From Chrysomallon squamiferum (lineage: Eukaryota > Animalia > Mollusca), in contig CM022674.1 in the NCBI GenBank assembly GCA_012295275.1, positions 11,408,001 to 11,472,000 of the forward strand: DNA of 64,000 nucleotides, given 5' to 3'. Each line of letters starts with the position of its first letter. The first letter of the stretch is position 1. The position numbers and the translations under genes are program-made. Under the pieces are notes generated by a model, which was given only the letters and a program-made list of their open reading frames with translations, did not search any database and had not been told where the DNA came from. Below, piece after piece: positions 1-14,300 of this stretch.

Positions 1-117
1 ATATTAAATAAATTTTCTTTTATGAAAAGAGAGGATTTCTTTTTTTTTGTTTTTTTTTTCTTTCGAGATTTGTATATTTTTATTTTATTTTTCTTATTTA
101 TTTTATTTATTTGTTTG

Positions 118-119
118 AT

Positions 120-178
<59 letters not shown>

Positions 179-186
179 TTATTTGT

Positions 187-233
<47 letters not shown>

Positions 234-236
234 TTT
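118..236. repeat. (TTTA)n microsatellite
   Basis: Read directly. Confidence 0.95.
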
Positions 237-1143
237 TTCCAAACAGAATATCAATTTTTAATTAATAATATCTGAGAGATGATTTTCTAACTGTCTGTCT
301 GAGTGTCTGTGTGTGTTTCACAAACATACATAATGTATAAAACGATACACTTATAAAAATATAATGAGGTATTAATTTTAAGGTACCGCTTTTTAAAAAG
401 ATTTTCAATCGTTTAATTAAATTTTTCTTACATTATAATTATTTAACTAGTGATAATTAGAGCTTTCAAAATAATAACAATAACAATAATAATAATGATA
501 ACAATAATAACAATAATAATAATAATAAAAATAGTTTTCTTATTATGCAACTTTATGCTTTTTCATTATAAACGAAAATTAAATTAAGAATTTATATTTT
601 TAATTTCTTTCTGCTGATCTGAGATCTATTCATGAGAGTGATTATAATAATAAAAAAGAAAAGTTCAGCACATCTGCCAGCGCCAAACAAAGCTTCAACA
701 GAATAAAACAAGAAGATCAGCGAAAAGCTTTTTCTTCAAATGAAATATCACGGTTCAACAAACACATCGATTTTAAAAACCAAATACAAAATTAGTTTAA
801 AAAGATATCAGAAATCAAGAAGTTCAGCGAATAAGCAGAAAACGCTTGACTAATAATAATAATAATAATAAAACACGATGACATCAACGACGTCATCGGT
901 GACACCATCATCAGATGCATCGACAACAATCAGCTGGCTGGGTGTGGTCTTTATAAAAGACAAAATGCAAAAAATATTTTTTGTTTTTTTTAAATCTTGA
1001 AGAAGAGAAAAAAGAGATGGGCAGATGCTACAAGACAGCTGCGACATCGTCGCCACATTCTCCCCCCACACCCACACCATCACCCCGGCCCCACCCCCAG
1101 GTCTGCCTGTGTTTGTTGACCCGCCTGTCAGTTCGGATCTCAC

Positions 1144-1206
1144 CTGACAACGTAATTGTGTTGTCAATGTGCCGTAATTCATCTAATTGTTTACACGTTA
1201 GCGGCG
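1144..1206 (-). CDS. Candidate 63-nt symmetric (phase 1-1) cassette exon, (A)PLTCKQLDELRHIDNTITLS(G)
   Basis: ctttcAG at 1208-1207 and a strong CAG|GTGAGA donor at 1143. It is open in the frame left by the phase-1 donor at 7037. No homology recognised. Confidence 0.3.
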
Positions 1207-1691
1207 CTGAAAGACGCCCGCGTTGGAAGCCGTCGTGGACGCTGCGGCAGCTGTTGTGGCTGAGTGAGCACGAGAAGAAAACAAAACAAAACAGACAACG
1301 TGGCAGAGCACACAACGAGACAAAAAACATCGCGAAATGAACGCGCGATTATTATTAAAACTTAATGATTTATTTTATTATACTGTTGTTGTTTTTTTTT
1401 TTTTCTTTTTCTTTCTTTCTTTTCTGTTTTAATTTTCTTATTTAAAAAAAATAATAATAATAATAAAAATAAAAAAACAAATTCTGTTAGAATCGATAAT
1501 TTAATTTAACTGAGATTTAAAAATAAATAATAAATAAATAAAAAAGTTGTGTCAACGTTTAGGATAAAGTAAAAATTGTCTGGTGAGCATTTAGTATCAT
1601 ATTTACATAATTTTGCTCTATCAAGGCCTTTCTCACTCAATAAAACGAGAAAAAAGAAAAGAGAAAAGAAGAGAGAGAGAGTGTGTGTGTA

Positions 1692-1734
<43 letters not shown>

Positions 1735-2825
1735 CAGAGAGAGAGACAGAGAAATCGCATATGCGACCCATTCACCTGTAATTACTATTCGATTATCAAT
1801 AATAAAATCTGCACTTAACATTATTAATAAAACTCAAACAACTTTCCTCCATTTCCCCTCTCCAAGGACATCACTTTAATATCATTTACATACAGTTAAT
1901 AAAAACACGGTAAAAAGCCAACTGAAAACACACAAACACTTAACATTATAATGTCAACGCTGAGGACAAGCGAAACTGCAGAGTGGGACCCATCTATATC
2001 CATACAACAAAAACAGAGGGGGAAAGAACCTGAGAGAAAAATGCACAAATACTCGAGAGTCATTCTGCGCTTGTACCGAGTGACCCTTTGAAAACAAGAC
2101 TGTGTCTTTTCATTCACATCAAACAAACGTTGAAGACACCAACCCCTTATCATTGCCAATTGGCCTTTGTACCGAGTTTCATAGAGTTAATAATATAAGT
2201 AACTAACAACTGCTTCAGATAAGTCTGGGAAAAAAAGGAAAATGAAAATAAGGGAGAGAGAAAAAAGAAAGAAATATAGGTTTAAAGTCAACCGATTAAG
2301 AAGTAACAAAGGTGAAAAAGTATCTTTGCCACAAAGGTAAAAAGTGCTTCGATTCACCGTGTCTATTATTGAGATGAAAACTTCCTCGGTTTGGCTATGA
2401 AATGTGACATAGCATTTATTAACTCTCGCTCTTGTTCACTTAAAAAGCAGAAAGATATTTACAAACAATTTCGATTGCCACCCAAGCGTGTCTGCTTGCA
2501 CTGGCTGCCACTGCCGTAAGTTTCGCTTCGCCGTTTCTCACACATACAGGGTATGTTTGTGACAATGCTTTAATTAAAAGTAGAAATCTGTCACTTGTTA
2601 ATTGTTACAAAAATACGACATTCTGTAGATACTTTTTTGACTTGTGTTGTCAGTGTGAGTTTGTATTAGTTTATCTGAGTGATATCTGTCATGCTATCTG
2701 TCTGTTATTGCTGCTTATATATATATATATATATGTGAGGTGTGATGTTTTTTTTTATATATATATATATATATATATAGTGCAATTAATATGAAAGGCA
2801 GAGTTAGCAAGATACAGATACACAT

Positions 2826-2845
2826 ATATATATAGATATATATAT

Positions 2846-2922
<77 letters not shown>

Positions 2923-3032
2923 CTGATAGACATACAGATAGACAGATAGACAGATAGACTGATAGACAGACAGATAAAAAGATAGACTGATAGACAAACA
3001 AACAGACAGACAGACAGAGAGACAGAGAGACA
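2826..3032. repeat. (TA)/(GATA)n/(GACA)n compound microsatellite
   Basis: Read directly. Confidence 0.95.
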
Positions 3033-6006
3033 GAAAGCCAGGAATCACAAGGTTCTGAACTCATCCAGCCCCCAAAACACCCCATATTCAATTATTACAG
3101 AACTTCCCTCACTTAATACACCTCAGAGACAAATTATATCTGTATTTACTACACATCTCTATTACACCTTGACAATTACTGTCTGTTCAAAACCGTCAGG
3201 TATTTCCTGTGGTACACAACCCATCTCTCCCCACAACACACCTAATTTAGAACATTAGATGGGTTATGGCTTGTAAAGGTAGACTATAAGTCATGTTTAT
3301 CTGATCAAATATCTCGTTACCTGTCAGTTCGTACCTGTACAGGTATTTCAAGGATCACGTCTCTTGACCTGAGTGTATCACTTGACATTAGATACACAAC
3401 AGAAATGTGATTTATTTTTTCTCTCTATACACTGATTATTATTTTTTCTCTTTCTCTGTCTCTCTAATTCACAATTCCTGACTATATTTCTCATTCTTTT
3501 GGTGTATCTCTACATTAAATCTTGTTTTTCTTATGGTTTAAAATATGTACATGAAAATTGTAAAATTAAGAAAAAAAAATGTTCATAATAAAGTAAGAAA
3601 GAGAGAGCAAGAGAGTGAGAGGGAGAGAGAGAGAAAGGGAACGAGAATCAGAGAGACAGAAAGAGGGAGAAAGAAAGAGAAAGAAAGAGAGAGAGGAAGG
3701 AAGAGCAAGAGAGAGAGAAGGTGAAAGAGACAGAGACAGAGAGAAAGAGACAGAGAAAGAAGTATACAAATTAATAGAAAAATATGTCAGAGATTAGTTT
3801 GTTAATCAATACATTATTCCGAACCAAGAGGAATTGTATAAATCATTATCTGTGTAGATATTTATCTTTGTCAGTGAGCTGGGTGCAGGACAAGATACTT
3901 AAACCGTGAGGACTGGGTTAGCAAGGGCAGAGTAATTCACGAAGATTAGCTCTGGTCACATTTACAGGTATTTACATTTCATAATGGCGTGACGTCTTTT
4001 CACAATGATGAGCTGTGTTGTCAATAGGAAATATTCCAATCTACACACGACCTGACTGAACACAGGAACACCTCGGAGTATCCGAGAACAAACAGCGAAT
4101 CCATTTTCACACCTGTTGTGTTGTCACAGATCAGGCCGGTTATCAAGATAAAGAAGAGGGCATCTGTTTGTCTGTATGTGAGTGTATCTGTCTATCGTGG
4201 AAAGTCAACAAAAGGGATATAATTCAAGATAGGTACAGACATCTAAATTTTCATGACACCTTCTTGAATGTCTCTGTAGTGAAGATTTTTATTGCCTCTG
4301 TACATGAAAGTGTATGTGAAAGTATACATTGGTAGGATGGCTGAATGAGAAATACTGCAAGACTTGGAAAGGAAGATTATAAGGAAATATTGGTAATAGA
4401 AGATGAGGATAGAGAAAAATACTGAAGTGAAGGGATTGAGAAAAAAGACAAGGTAGAACAAGAGAGAGAGAAAGGTATATATATATATATATACATACAT
4501 ACATACAATCTATATATGAGAGAGAGAGGAGGAGAATGAGAGAGAGAAAGAGAAGAGAGAAAGGGAAAGACAGACATAGAAATATACAGAAAGAAGAGAA
4601 GAAGTAACAGACAGAAACCAAGCTCTTCAAATTATTATCATCATTATTATTAAAATGTTGTTTTAAATATCTGAACTTGAAATTCTTGACTGGCTTTTAG
4701 TAAATAAGCTAACAATTATGAATTTCTAGTATATAATGATATCCTTTACTTATATAAAACTAAACACTGTCTGAAAATGACATTTAATATGACACGTGTA
4801 CTTTCAATAAATGAAAGTACATTAAGTTATGTTTGTAAATTTGAGTATATATATTATACATATGTCCTGTAATGTCATCATTATACTACTCCAAGAATAA
4901 AAACTCTCTGTTAAATTACTTTAAACAGAATGAAGTACAACAGTTATCTAATTATACAACTCTGAAACATCATAAAAGAATCTAAAATTCAAATTTTGAA
5001 GAATTTATTGCTCTGATAAAATTTCTGCCAAGTAAAATGGCCTCTTAAGATGAAAAATCTTTCATTATATTTTATTTTAAAATTTTCAGAAAGCTTTCAC
5101 AGATGTTTTGATGATATAAATTACATTACAATAGGATAATAAGAAAATGGTCTCACCCTTGAACAAATGATCTGCTTAGAATGAGTAGGTTGTAAATAAA
5201 ATTGCCAAGATGCTTTTAAGTTTTCACTACATTTATAGTCATGTTTTAGTTTTGTTGCAGATAAAAGATTTCATATTGAAAATTATATTCCTTGATATTT
5301 TATGTGAAAAAGAAAAGTCAAAGACATACATTTATAAATGAAATAATAAATATATTTGTAACATTCACTATTATATAAAATATATGCTACTATTATTATG
5401 ATTTATTAGTCAAAGCTATCCTTTCAAAATATCATTCAAAAATGAATTAAAACAATATTAATAATATTAATTATAATAATTATAAGAAGAAGAAGAAGAA
5501 GAAAAAAAGAAGAAGATGAGGACAAATAGACTTCTAGATGGAATAAGACAAAATGAAATAATAAAAAGTTTCGCCACGTAACAGAAACAAATAAAAATAA
5601 CAGAAAAAAACCTGTCATCCAAAAAAATCACACAACCTCATATCACAACCAGACACAACACATACTCAATACAGTTAATTAAACAGACACTAATTAACCA
5701 ATTCATCAACCTTTGTTAATTTTCCACTTAGTAACTCCCATAGCAACCATGATATTAATTACCCCTGTATGAAATAACTGTTAATTGTGTGAGAGGTTGT
5801 AGTTTTCAGAGTGATGTCTTGTCTGTTTCAGCCAATCAGAGTGAACTGTTGATGACATCTGTCTGTCATGTTAGTTTACAACAGGAGATGAGTAAAACTG
5901 ATATCTGTACACAGAACTGTGAAATACGACATTATGTTTTTATTTCTTAAGTTAAATTATTAAACTTATTATTAAAGAAAATTTGATGCAGTTATTTGTT
6001 ACCCAT

Positions 6007-6057
<51 letters not shown>

Positions 6058-7037
6058 TTCTTTCTTGCTTGGTTTCATTATTTATATACTTAATTATTTA
6101 TTTGTGTTTATTTAAATTATGTACTTATTTATTTATTCATTCATTCGTTTATTTACTTAATACTGATTTAGTTAATTCTTCAGTGATCTTATTTACTAAA
6201 TTAAATGAGTGATTATTTGTTATTTATTTACTTATTATTATAAAAAGAGTTATGACTGATAATCATATATTATCATCTCTTTAAAATATCTTCAATTAAC
6301 AGTTGATTTATTTAATATAATTCAAAATAACATGACAAAGATATGAAAGCATTAACTATGATGCATACTGAATAAAATAAAATAGTAATATTCAAATAAT
6401 TTTTAATGGATAAAGGATTGATATGAAATGATGTACAGTGAATGAAAGAATGAATGAATAAATGAACAAATCCAATAAATGAAGGAAGTGTAAATAGTTA
6501 TGAAAACAAAACTATTTATACTAAAGAGAAATAACATGTCTCTTAATAATTAAAGATGGAAACAAATATTAAAAACTATTTTAGTTTTATTAAATTAATC
6601 GGTAATAATTAATAAATGAAAATTTCTGTGTTTAAAAATATAAAAATAAATAAATAAATAAATAAACAGACAATAACAAATAAATAAATAGACAAATAAA
6701 CAAATAAATAAAAAAAATAAACAAATAAATAAAAAAAAAAATAGACAAACAAATAAATAAATAAACAAATTAATAAATAAACAAAACGAATAAATACACA
6801 GATGAATAAGTAAATAAAATAAATAAATAGAAAAATTAAATAAATAAATAAAATACAATTTGTGTTAATTCTTATACACCTTAAAATGCATGACTATTTA
6901 AATATATAAAACACAAAATATTTTATATATGCAAAAACACATATATAAATATACAAAACCACATCACAGCATATCACAATATATATATATATATATAATA
7001 ATAAACATATTAATAAAATAAATAAACATGTACTCAC

Positions 7038-7155
7038 CAGTGTCGACTCCATGCATGGCCATAGTTTCTAATTCCATTTCAGGATACAGGGCTTCTCTTG
7101 CATACAACAGCATCTCCTCCCCTATTCTGATATCTCGCACTGTCTTGTAGTAGAC
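7038..7155 (-). CDS. PRDM16: PRDM3/16 coding exon: C-terminal end of the PR/SET domain
   Basis: tttcAG acceptor at 7157-7156 and G|GTGAGT donor at 7037; 118 nt, phase 0-1. It encodes VYYKTVRDIRIGEEMLLYAREALYPEMELETMAMHGVDT, matching the PR motif IYY...DI..GEELL. Confidence 0.95.
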
Positions 7156-8211
7156 CTGAAACACACACCAGCAGGTCAATGAGGAAACTGACAACCCTCT
7201 GCAATGAACAACACTATAAGCCCGGCCTCCCTTAGTTACATCAATCTCATTCAGTCCATTAGTGGGCAGGGTTTTTTGTGTTATCAAACAGATAATTCAC
7301 CTAGATACCTTAACTGACAAAGTAATTAGGGCTTCAGCAGAATGGGGGGTGAGAGAGAGAGAGATGGGATAATGATGTTGTCTGGGCTCCCTCCTCTACA
7401 GCTGCTCCCCCCACTTCTGTTCGGGGGGGTAGGAAATCAAGGGTTCTATTGTCTTGGGTAATCTGCTGTGTTGAAACTGACTGGCAAGTGGCTTTGATCT
7501 GAGTCACAGGTAAAAATTTGCTCTTTTTTCTTTTTGCAGGTACATTCATCCCAGCATAGTAGCCAAGGGCTTTGTGGTGATAGGTGTACAAACAAGGTAT
7601 TGCTATGTGTTGATTACAGGTGGGCAGAACAGGTAGATAATTGAATGGAGAGTGTTTGTGGTGGGGGGAGGCAGATAATTAGAAGAATTGATGGAAAAAC
7701 TGGGTGAGCTAAACAGTTATCAGAGGTGTAATTAACAAGACTTGATTTGCTGAAAGAGGATTTGTAGATTTCAAATTAACATTCATTGATCTGTGAATTG
7801 TTTTCACTAAGTAATTACTTCTTTATGTAATTGTAATTAGTAAACATTAACAAATGCATTGAAACAGTGTCTGTTTTTTATATAATATTTGTGGGTGTTC
7901 ATATGTATATGTACATGTGTGTTTTGAGATATATTTATATGATGTATGTGTATGTGTATGTGTGAATATGCATTTATATGAAAGGAAAAATCAAAGATGA
8001 AAGAAAGAAAGAGACTTAACACACATTAAGTTATTTAAAATGAGAAAAGGCAATTTTTCATTCCAACAATATTAAAAGGACAATGTCTATATATTCTATA
8101 TTTAATTACATATACTCATTTAATGTCATGCACACTTCAAGTTTCATTCATATATATATATATATCTATATCATAAATATATATATATATATACATCTAT
8201 ATCAGTAAATA

Positions 8212-8320
8212 AATATCTATATCTATACCTATATATCTCTATATATCTATATCTGAATCTATATCTATATCTATATCTATATCTATATCTATATCTATAT
8301 CTATATCTATATCTATATAT
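8212..8320. repeat. (ATCTAT)n hexamer microsatellite
   Basis: Read directly. Confidence 0.92.
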
Positions 8321-11141
8321 GAATGTATCTGTAGATATATTTAAGTGTATGTATGTATATGGATCTCTGTGTGTGGTTATCAACATGTACATGTTATGTA
8401 CTGTGTGTTAATGAACATGGATGAAAAACAAACATTTTAACAAGTGTAAAAAGATTCTAAACAGTGTTAATTCCCAATGACAACACTCATTAAAACACAA
8501 CAATTGAGTCTGTTTCCCTCTCATCACCCATCATCACAGTGTCAGACAACAAACAGTTTTCACCTGTGGAAATTAAACCAGGTGAGAAAGCATTTCTACC
8601 CTCTCCAAAAAAAGAAAAAAAAAAGATAAAAAAAAGAAACAATAAAAAGAATTAAAAGACAGGTCTTGGGGGAGGCTGTGGTGGCTGGGGGAGTGCACAC
8701 AAAGCTTTGGTGAAGTATGTGTCTACAAACAAGACTGGGAAATAATAACTAACATCAACAAAACATGTTGTGTAAAGATGACTGGGGAGAGCCTGGGGGG
8801 GGTGCTGACCACTTGATGGACTGACACAGGCCAGGTGACATAACAGCCCAGGTAGCTACCTGTGTAATCAATTTCAAGGGGCAGGACGGGCTTGCTGAAA
8901 GGAGGTGTGGTGCGATTTCAGGTTTCGCCCTGTACAAGAGCTGGTAACAGGTGAAGATGAAAGCTTTAGAAAGGACAAGAAAGTAAATCAGGTTTTCTTT
9001 TACTTATTCCCAGAAAGTCTTAGCATCAACAGCTTCAGAAATTAATTAATTATTTTCCAGGTAAGTTTTTATTTGAACAGCGCGTGACATAATGTTCTGT
9101 TGGGTTTTGAAGTGAAGGGTAGGAATAAAGGTATTAGGTTTCAGTAAATCTTACACTAAAACCTCTTCACTTATTTTTCTTATGTTCTGATGTTTGTCAA
9201 AATATTCACTATTTTAAGACTGGATTTTTTTAATTAATTGAATGAATGAATGAATAAATAAATAAATAAGTGCATAAATAAAATTAAACTTATAAATAAA
9301 TAGCTAAATAAATAAATAAAAGCAATTAAAACTAAAAAAAAAAAATAATAATAATAATAATATTAAAAAAATATATATATAATAGTAAATTAATAAATAA
9401 ATGCTAGATGATTAAATATGTGAATGAATCAATGAATTAATAAAAATTAATAAATCAGTGAAAAACTCAAATATTAAACATTTATAACAAATTTAAACCA
9501 CATTAAATAAATATTATTTATATTTAACAAACAACAGCATCACATAATAATATTTACACCTCATTACACTAATTTATACACTAATAAATCAATTAATTTC
9601 ACTAATACACATTTATTTTCTAAATAGTTTTTCATGTATTTTTCCACACTCTGCCTAATTTTCTACACTAAAAGCAACTATTCCTTTCCAGTGAAAATTA
9701 ATCCATGCTAGAAAGCCACATGTTTCACCTGTCAAATGCTGCAGTATACAACACTTGAGTCTATGTATGTGATATATACAAGCTATCTGTCAGGTACATG
9801 TGACATACAAACTGTAATCAGCTTGTTCCCATCAGGACAATTACCTGAACATTAAAACAAGTTGTATTAATTACTGTCAATGACAGGCACCTTCAAAACT
9901 CAGGATTTTATATGTAGACAGTGTCCACGAAAAATTTGCTTGGGCCAATCTTAACAGATTTTATAGGAGCAGTTTAATGTTTATTATGTCTACCTAGTGA
10001 AATATACACCTGTGCTAATTACCTGTTGTTGTTATGGTTACAGTATCTTAGTAAAAGATTATCTGTTATTAATTAGTTTAATACAAAATTAGTTTTGAAA
10101 TGAAGAAAAAAGTCATTGGTTCAGTATTACATATACACAAACACACGCACACACACACATGAACACACACACATACGAACACACAGAAGTATATAATGTA
10201 ACTGATTTCAAACAAACAAATAAACCACAGTCACAAAGATAATTGACCAACTATACCTGTCTCACCTGAACTCAAGTAACAACACATCAGTGAAATATGA
10301 TTACCTAATCCAAAGAAGATTAACTCAGGTAGGTAAAACAAGATAATCTCTGTATTAACCTCTTTGTTGAGTAACAAATTTGTCTTTCAATTACACCGTC
10401 CCTTTTTTTTTTCTTTTCGTCTTTTAATCAAAGTTTCCCAAACTGGCCAGAAGCATGAATGCAAACAAAGATTATCCCCCCCAGCACATGGGGGTGGGGT
10501 GATTAAAGGGAGAGATTAATGATTGCCAAATTGACTGTACAGGCAACTGAGGCCATTTGGATTACTAAAACCTATTTAAAGTGCATTATCTATATTTTTC
10601 CCGTTCTACATGCTGCTGCATGTCTTGTGAAGAAAATACCTCCGAGGCAGTCTCTGAACTAATCTGCTTCAATTCTGCTGTCAGCCATAACAAGATGGCT
10701 GCTAATAGACTGGAAATGTGTAGTTAATTCAGCAAAGATTAAAGGACCAGTGTCTGTCGGCAGAGGAGTAGGGTGGAGTACGGGGGTAAGCTACTTACAT
10801 GTACCATAATGCTTATCACAGAGCATTACTGGTCAGTCACTCTCTTACACACTTGTCTTCCAAGACAAAGGGAGATTACTCAGACAAAGGGTGATTACTC
10901 TAAATTTGCAAGCCCTGGAGACAGATCTGTTTATCTTTTTTTCTTTTGGGCCTCCTGTAATCAAGTTTGTACTTGTTAGGAAAATAATCTGTTTCATGTC
11001 TGTATTGTTGTTATTAAAGTACCCAGACTGGCTACATTTGAAAAACTTTGTCAAAACTATGATTGAAATGCAAAGTTTGTAAACGTCATCATGTTCAAAA
11101 TTCCATTAATCAACAAAATACCTACAGATACACAGAATGGG

Positions 11142-11148
11142 CACACAC

Positions 11149-11212
<64 letters not shown>
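11142..11212. repeat. (CA)n microsatellite
   Basis: Read directly. Confidence 0.95.
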
Positions 11213-11214
<2 letters not shown>

Positions 11215-11318
11215 GAAAGACAAATGCACACACAGTAATATACAGATATAGCACATAATCCATAAGTCAACATGTATACTGAATAATTATAACTAAATTA
11301 AATTAAATGTGTTTTACC

Positions 11319-11358
<40 letters not shown>

Positions 11359-14300
11359 TCAATACATTAATTCATCATACTGTCAAGTCAAATTTATGAC
11401 TAAATTAAACTGAGTATTACACTGACAGTCATACAGATATCCTCACCAGACACACACTTTATTAACATTATAATCCACTATCCGAAAAATTAAATCTCAA
11501 GTCATAATTCTAAACATTTAATAAAAATCCACAGATTACCAGATGCCAGCCTTCCTGTTTGTGCATTTTCCTATTTGAATAAGCTTCACAAATCCTTCAT
11601 CTCAAAACACTTTTCACAAAACTCCTGTCCTCTTTTTAAAAAGCTTCAGATAAATTTCATAAAACCGTAGAGAAGTCAAAAAAAAAAAAAAAAAAAAAAT
11701 ATATTAAAAATAAAAATTTAAAATAGACCAAGATTTATTTAAAGACAGACAGAGAAAAGCCCAAAACACCTTCATCGTGTTAATAAAAAGAATAAAAAGA
11801 AAAGAAAAAAAATCGAGAATCTTTTGCATTCAGTGATTCATAGAAAAAGGATTTAGCTGAATTCAATATGAAATGAGAAGCGGATGTATCGTTAAGGTAA
11901 AAGGTGTTTAGAATTTGACAAGATAAAAACGCCAGGTATAGATTTTTCATCTGAGGGACAGAAAAAAAAAACCTATTCACGAAACAGAGCTGTCTGAAGA
12001 AGATAAAAAAATGATAATAGAAATAAAAAATTAAGCGAAAGTAACAACAAGACAGGAATAAAATATAAATACAAATTAGAAGCCGAAATGAAAAATAAAG
12101 AATGAAAATTATTAAGAAATAATATTAAAAAAATAATAATAGTTGTTCATTATTATTATTATCATTATCATTATCTTTATTATTAAAAATGAACAAATTA
12201 GTTAAGAAAAAGTAATAAAAAAATTTAAAATTCTAAAAAATAAACTCAATAATAAATCTAATAATAATAATAACAATCATCATCATAAATAAATTTGTTA
12301 ATTAATTTAAAATAAAACTGAACAATTAAATTAAATAAACAAAGGATTATAAAAAAAAAAAAAATTACAATAACAAATGAAATAATAAACAAAAATAATT
12401 AGAGGGAAATAATAATTTAAAAAATAACAGAAATAATAAAAAAATAAATAAAATAACTATGACAAAAGACGCTATAATACTGTCACCAACATTAGTCATC
12501 ATCTGTTACCTTCATTTTTACCTGAGAATATTTTTGTTACCTGGGAAAGGTGTATTTATATGAGAAACTTTCACTCAAAGTGAATACATTTCACTTCGGT
12601 CATTGATGAGTGACAAATGCAAAGGGAAACTGCACTCATCCCATTAGTAAATTGGTGTATTCTAGTGTGACTTCGTGCTTGTGAAGGAATAAAAAGGTTA
12701 TCTTCTCAAGGGAATTAAGGGGTCAGCTGGGTGACACAAATTGCACTGATACTGACAATAAACATGTGTTTGTACAAAGGAGAGGAGTTAAAAAGCAGAG
12801 CTCAAGTGAAAGGGGTGGAGAAAGAGAAACTGTATCAGTTTCAAACGAGTTGCGTTTGTTATCTTCATTTCTGTCTGCTCACTTTTATTTGATGTTTTAT
12901 CTTTCTATCTGTGTGTCTGTGTGTGACTGTGTGTTTGTATGTCTGTGTGTCTGTGTGTCTGTGTCTTACATGTCTGCTTCTTAATTTCTGTCTTTTCAGT
13001 TTTGTTTAATATTGTATCTATATTTAGTCTGTCTGTCTTTCTGAGTGCCTGTTTCTTCATCTGTCTACAGACTATTTAATTGTCAGTCTATCCATCTTAT
13101 CTGTCCATTTTTCTAGTTGTCTGTTAGTCCATCAGTCCATTCATCCATCCATACTTTCATTTATCTGTTCATGCAGTCAGTGGTTATGTTTGTCATATGC
13201 CTGTTCATCTTAATTAGGTTTTCTGTCTGTTCAGTCAAACTCCCATATATCTAGTAATTCTGTAATTTATTCATCCATAATTCTGTCCATCCATCAATAA
13301 GTTTGTTCATCCAAACATCCTTGTATACCTACTTTTCTGTTTCCTTTTCTACAGCTATATTTAATATAAACTGTTTTGTGTTATATCTTTTCTCTCTCTC
13401 TCTCTCTTTCACATAATTAATCTTCCCTTTTTTGTGTATATAGACACAAATCCCTGATTCAGTTTTGTACATACAGAACCAGTCACATAATCAGACAAAA
13501 ATCGAAAGCAAATTAAAAAGCGTAAAGTGAAAAACCTGTGACACACTCCTTTCCGTCCCAGCGCGGTCAGCAATCACACGCAGTCAACAAACGACTGCAT
13601 TAAAACAACACCAGATGGCACCTCCTACATCTCTGATAATCTACACCAAGCCCAAACCCACCAGGCCCACATAGACCTGGCATCAGTATTTATGACAGCA
13701 CTCAAGGAAAAGCTAAGCAATCTGTGACCAGCCTCCAAAGAGGCTGAGTACATCCTATTAACTGATCCACCTAGGACACGTCCACATGTTACATTGATTC
13801 AAAAAGTCATCAATTGACAGAGAGGAGGGTTAGCTTCTTTTTTTTTCAATTTAGATCTTCTGGAATTTGCTTAGTCTTCATTTACTGTGTCGGGTACAAG
13901 CTGGCACACCTGGGATCAATACCTCTGTGTGTCTGGTGATTGTTTGATTATTAACTAACATAAAAATAAATAACATGCAGAGAGAAGTAAAAAATAAGCA
14001 AGGTGACTGATGTAGAAAATAGTACATGTAAAATAAATAATTTGTGACACTGTATATTATTATTATTATTATTATCATTATTATTATTATTTTCAGTTCT
14101 TGAGTCTTGTCTATTGGGGAAAATAGTAAAATGATGATGATGTTCAAACCTCCAATACTAAACTGTAATTATTTTTATTATTATAATTTTTTTAGTTATT
14201 AAACTTTTATATTTTACAATTATTAATACAGCTTTTAAAATATTATACAAAAATAAGTGTAATGATAAATATAATTAATAAAAATAGAAATTCTAAGTTA

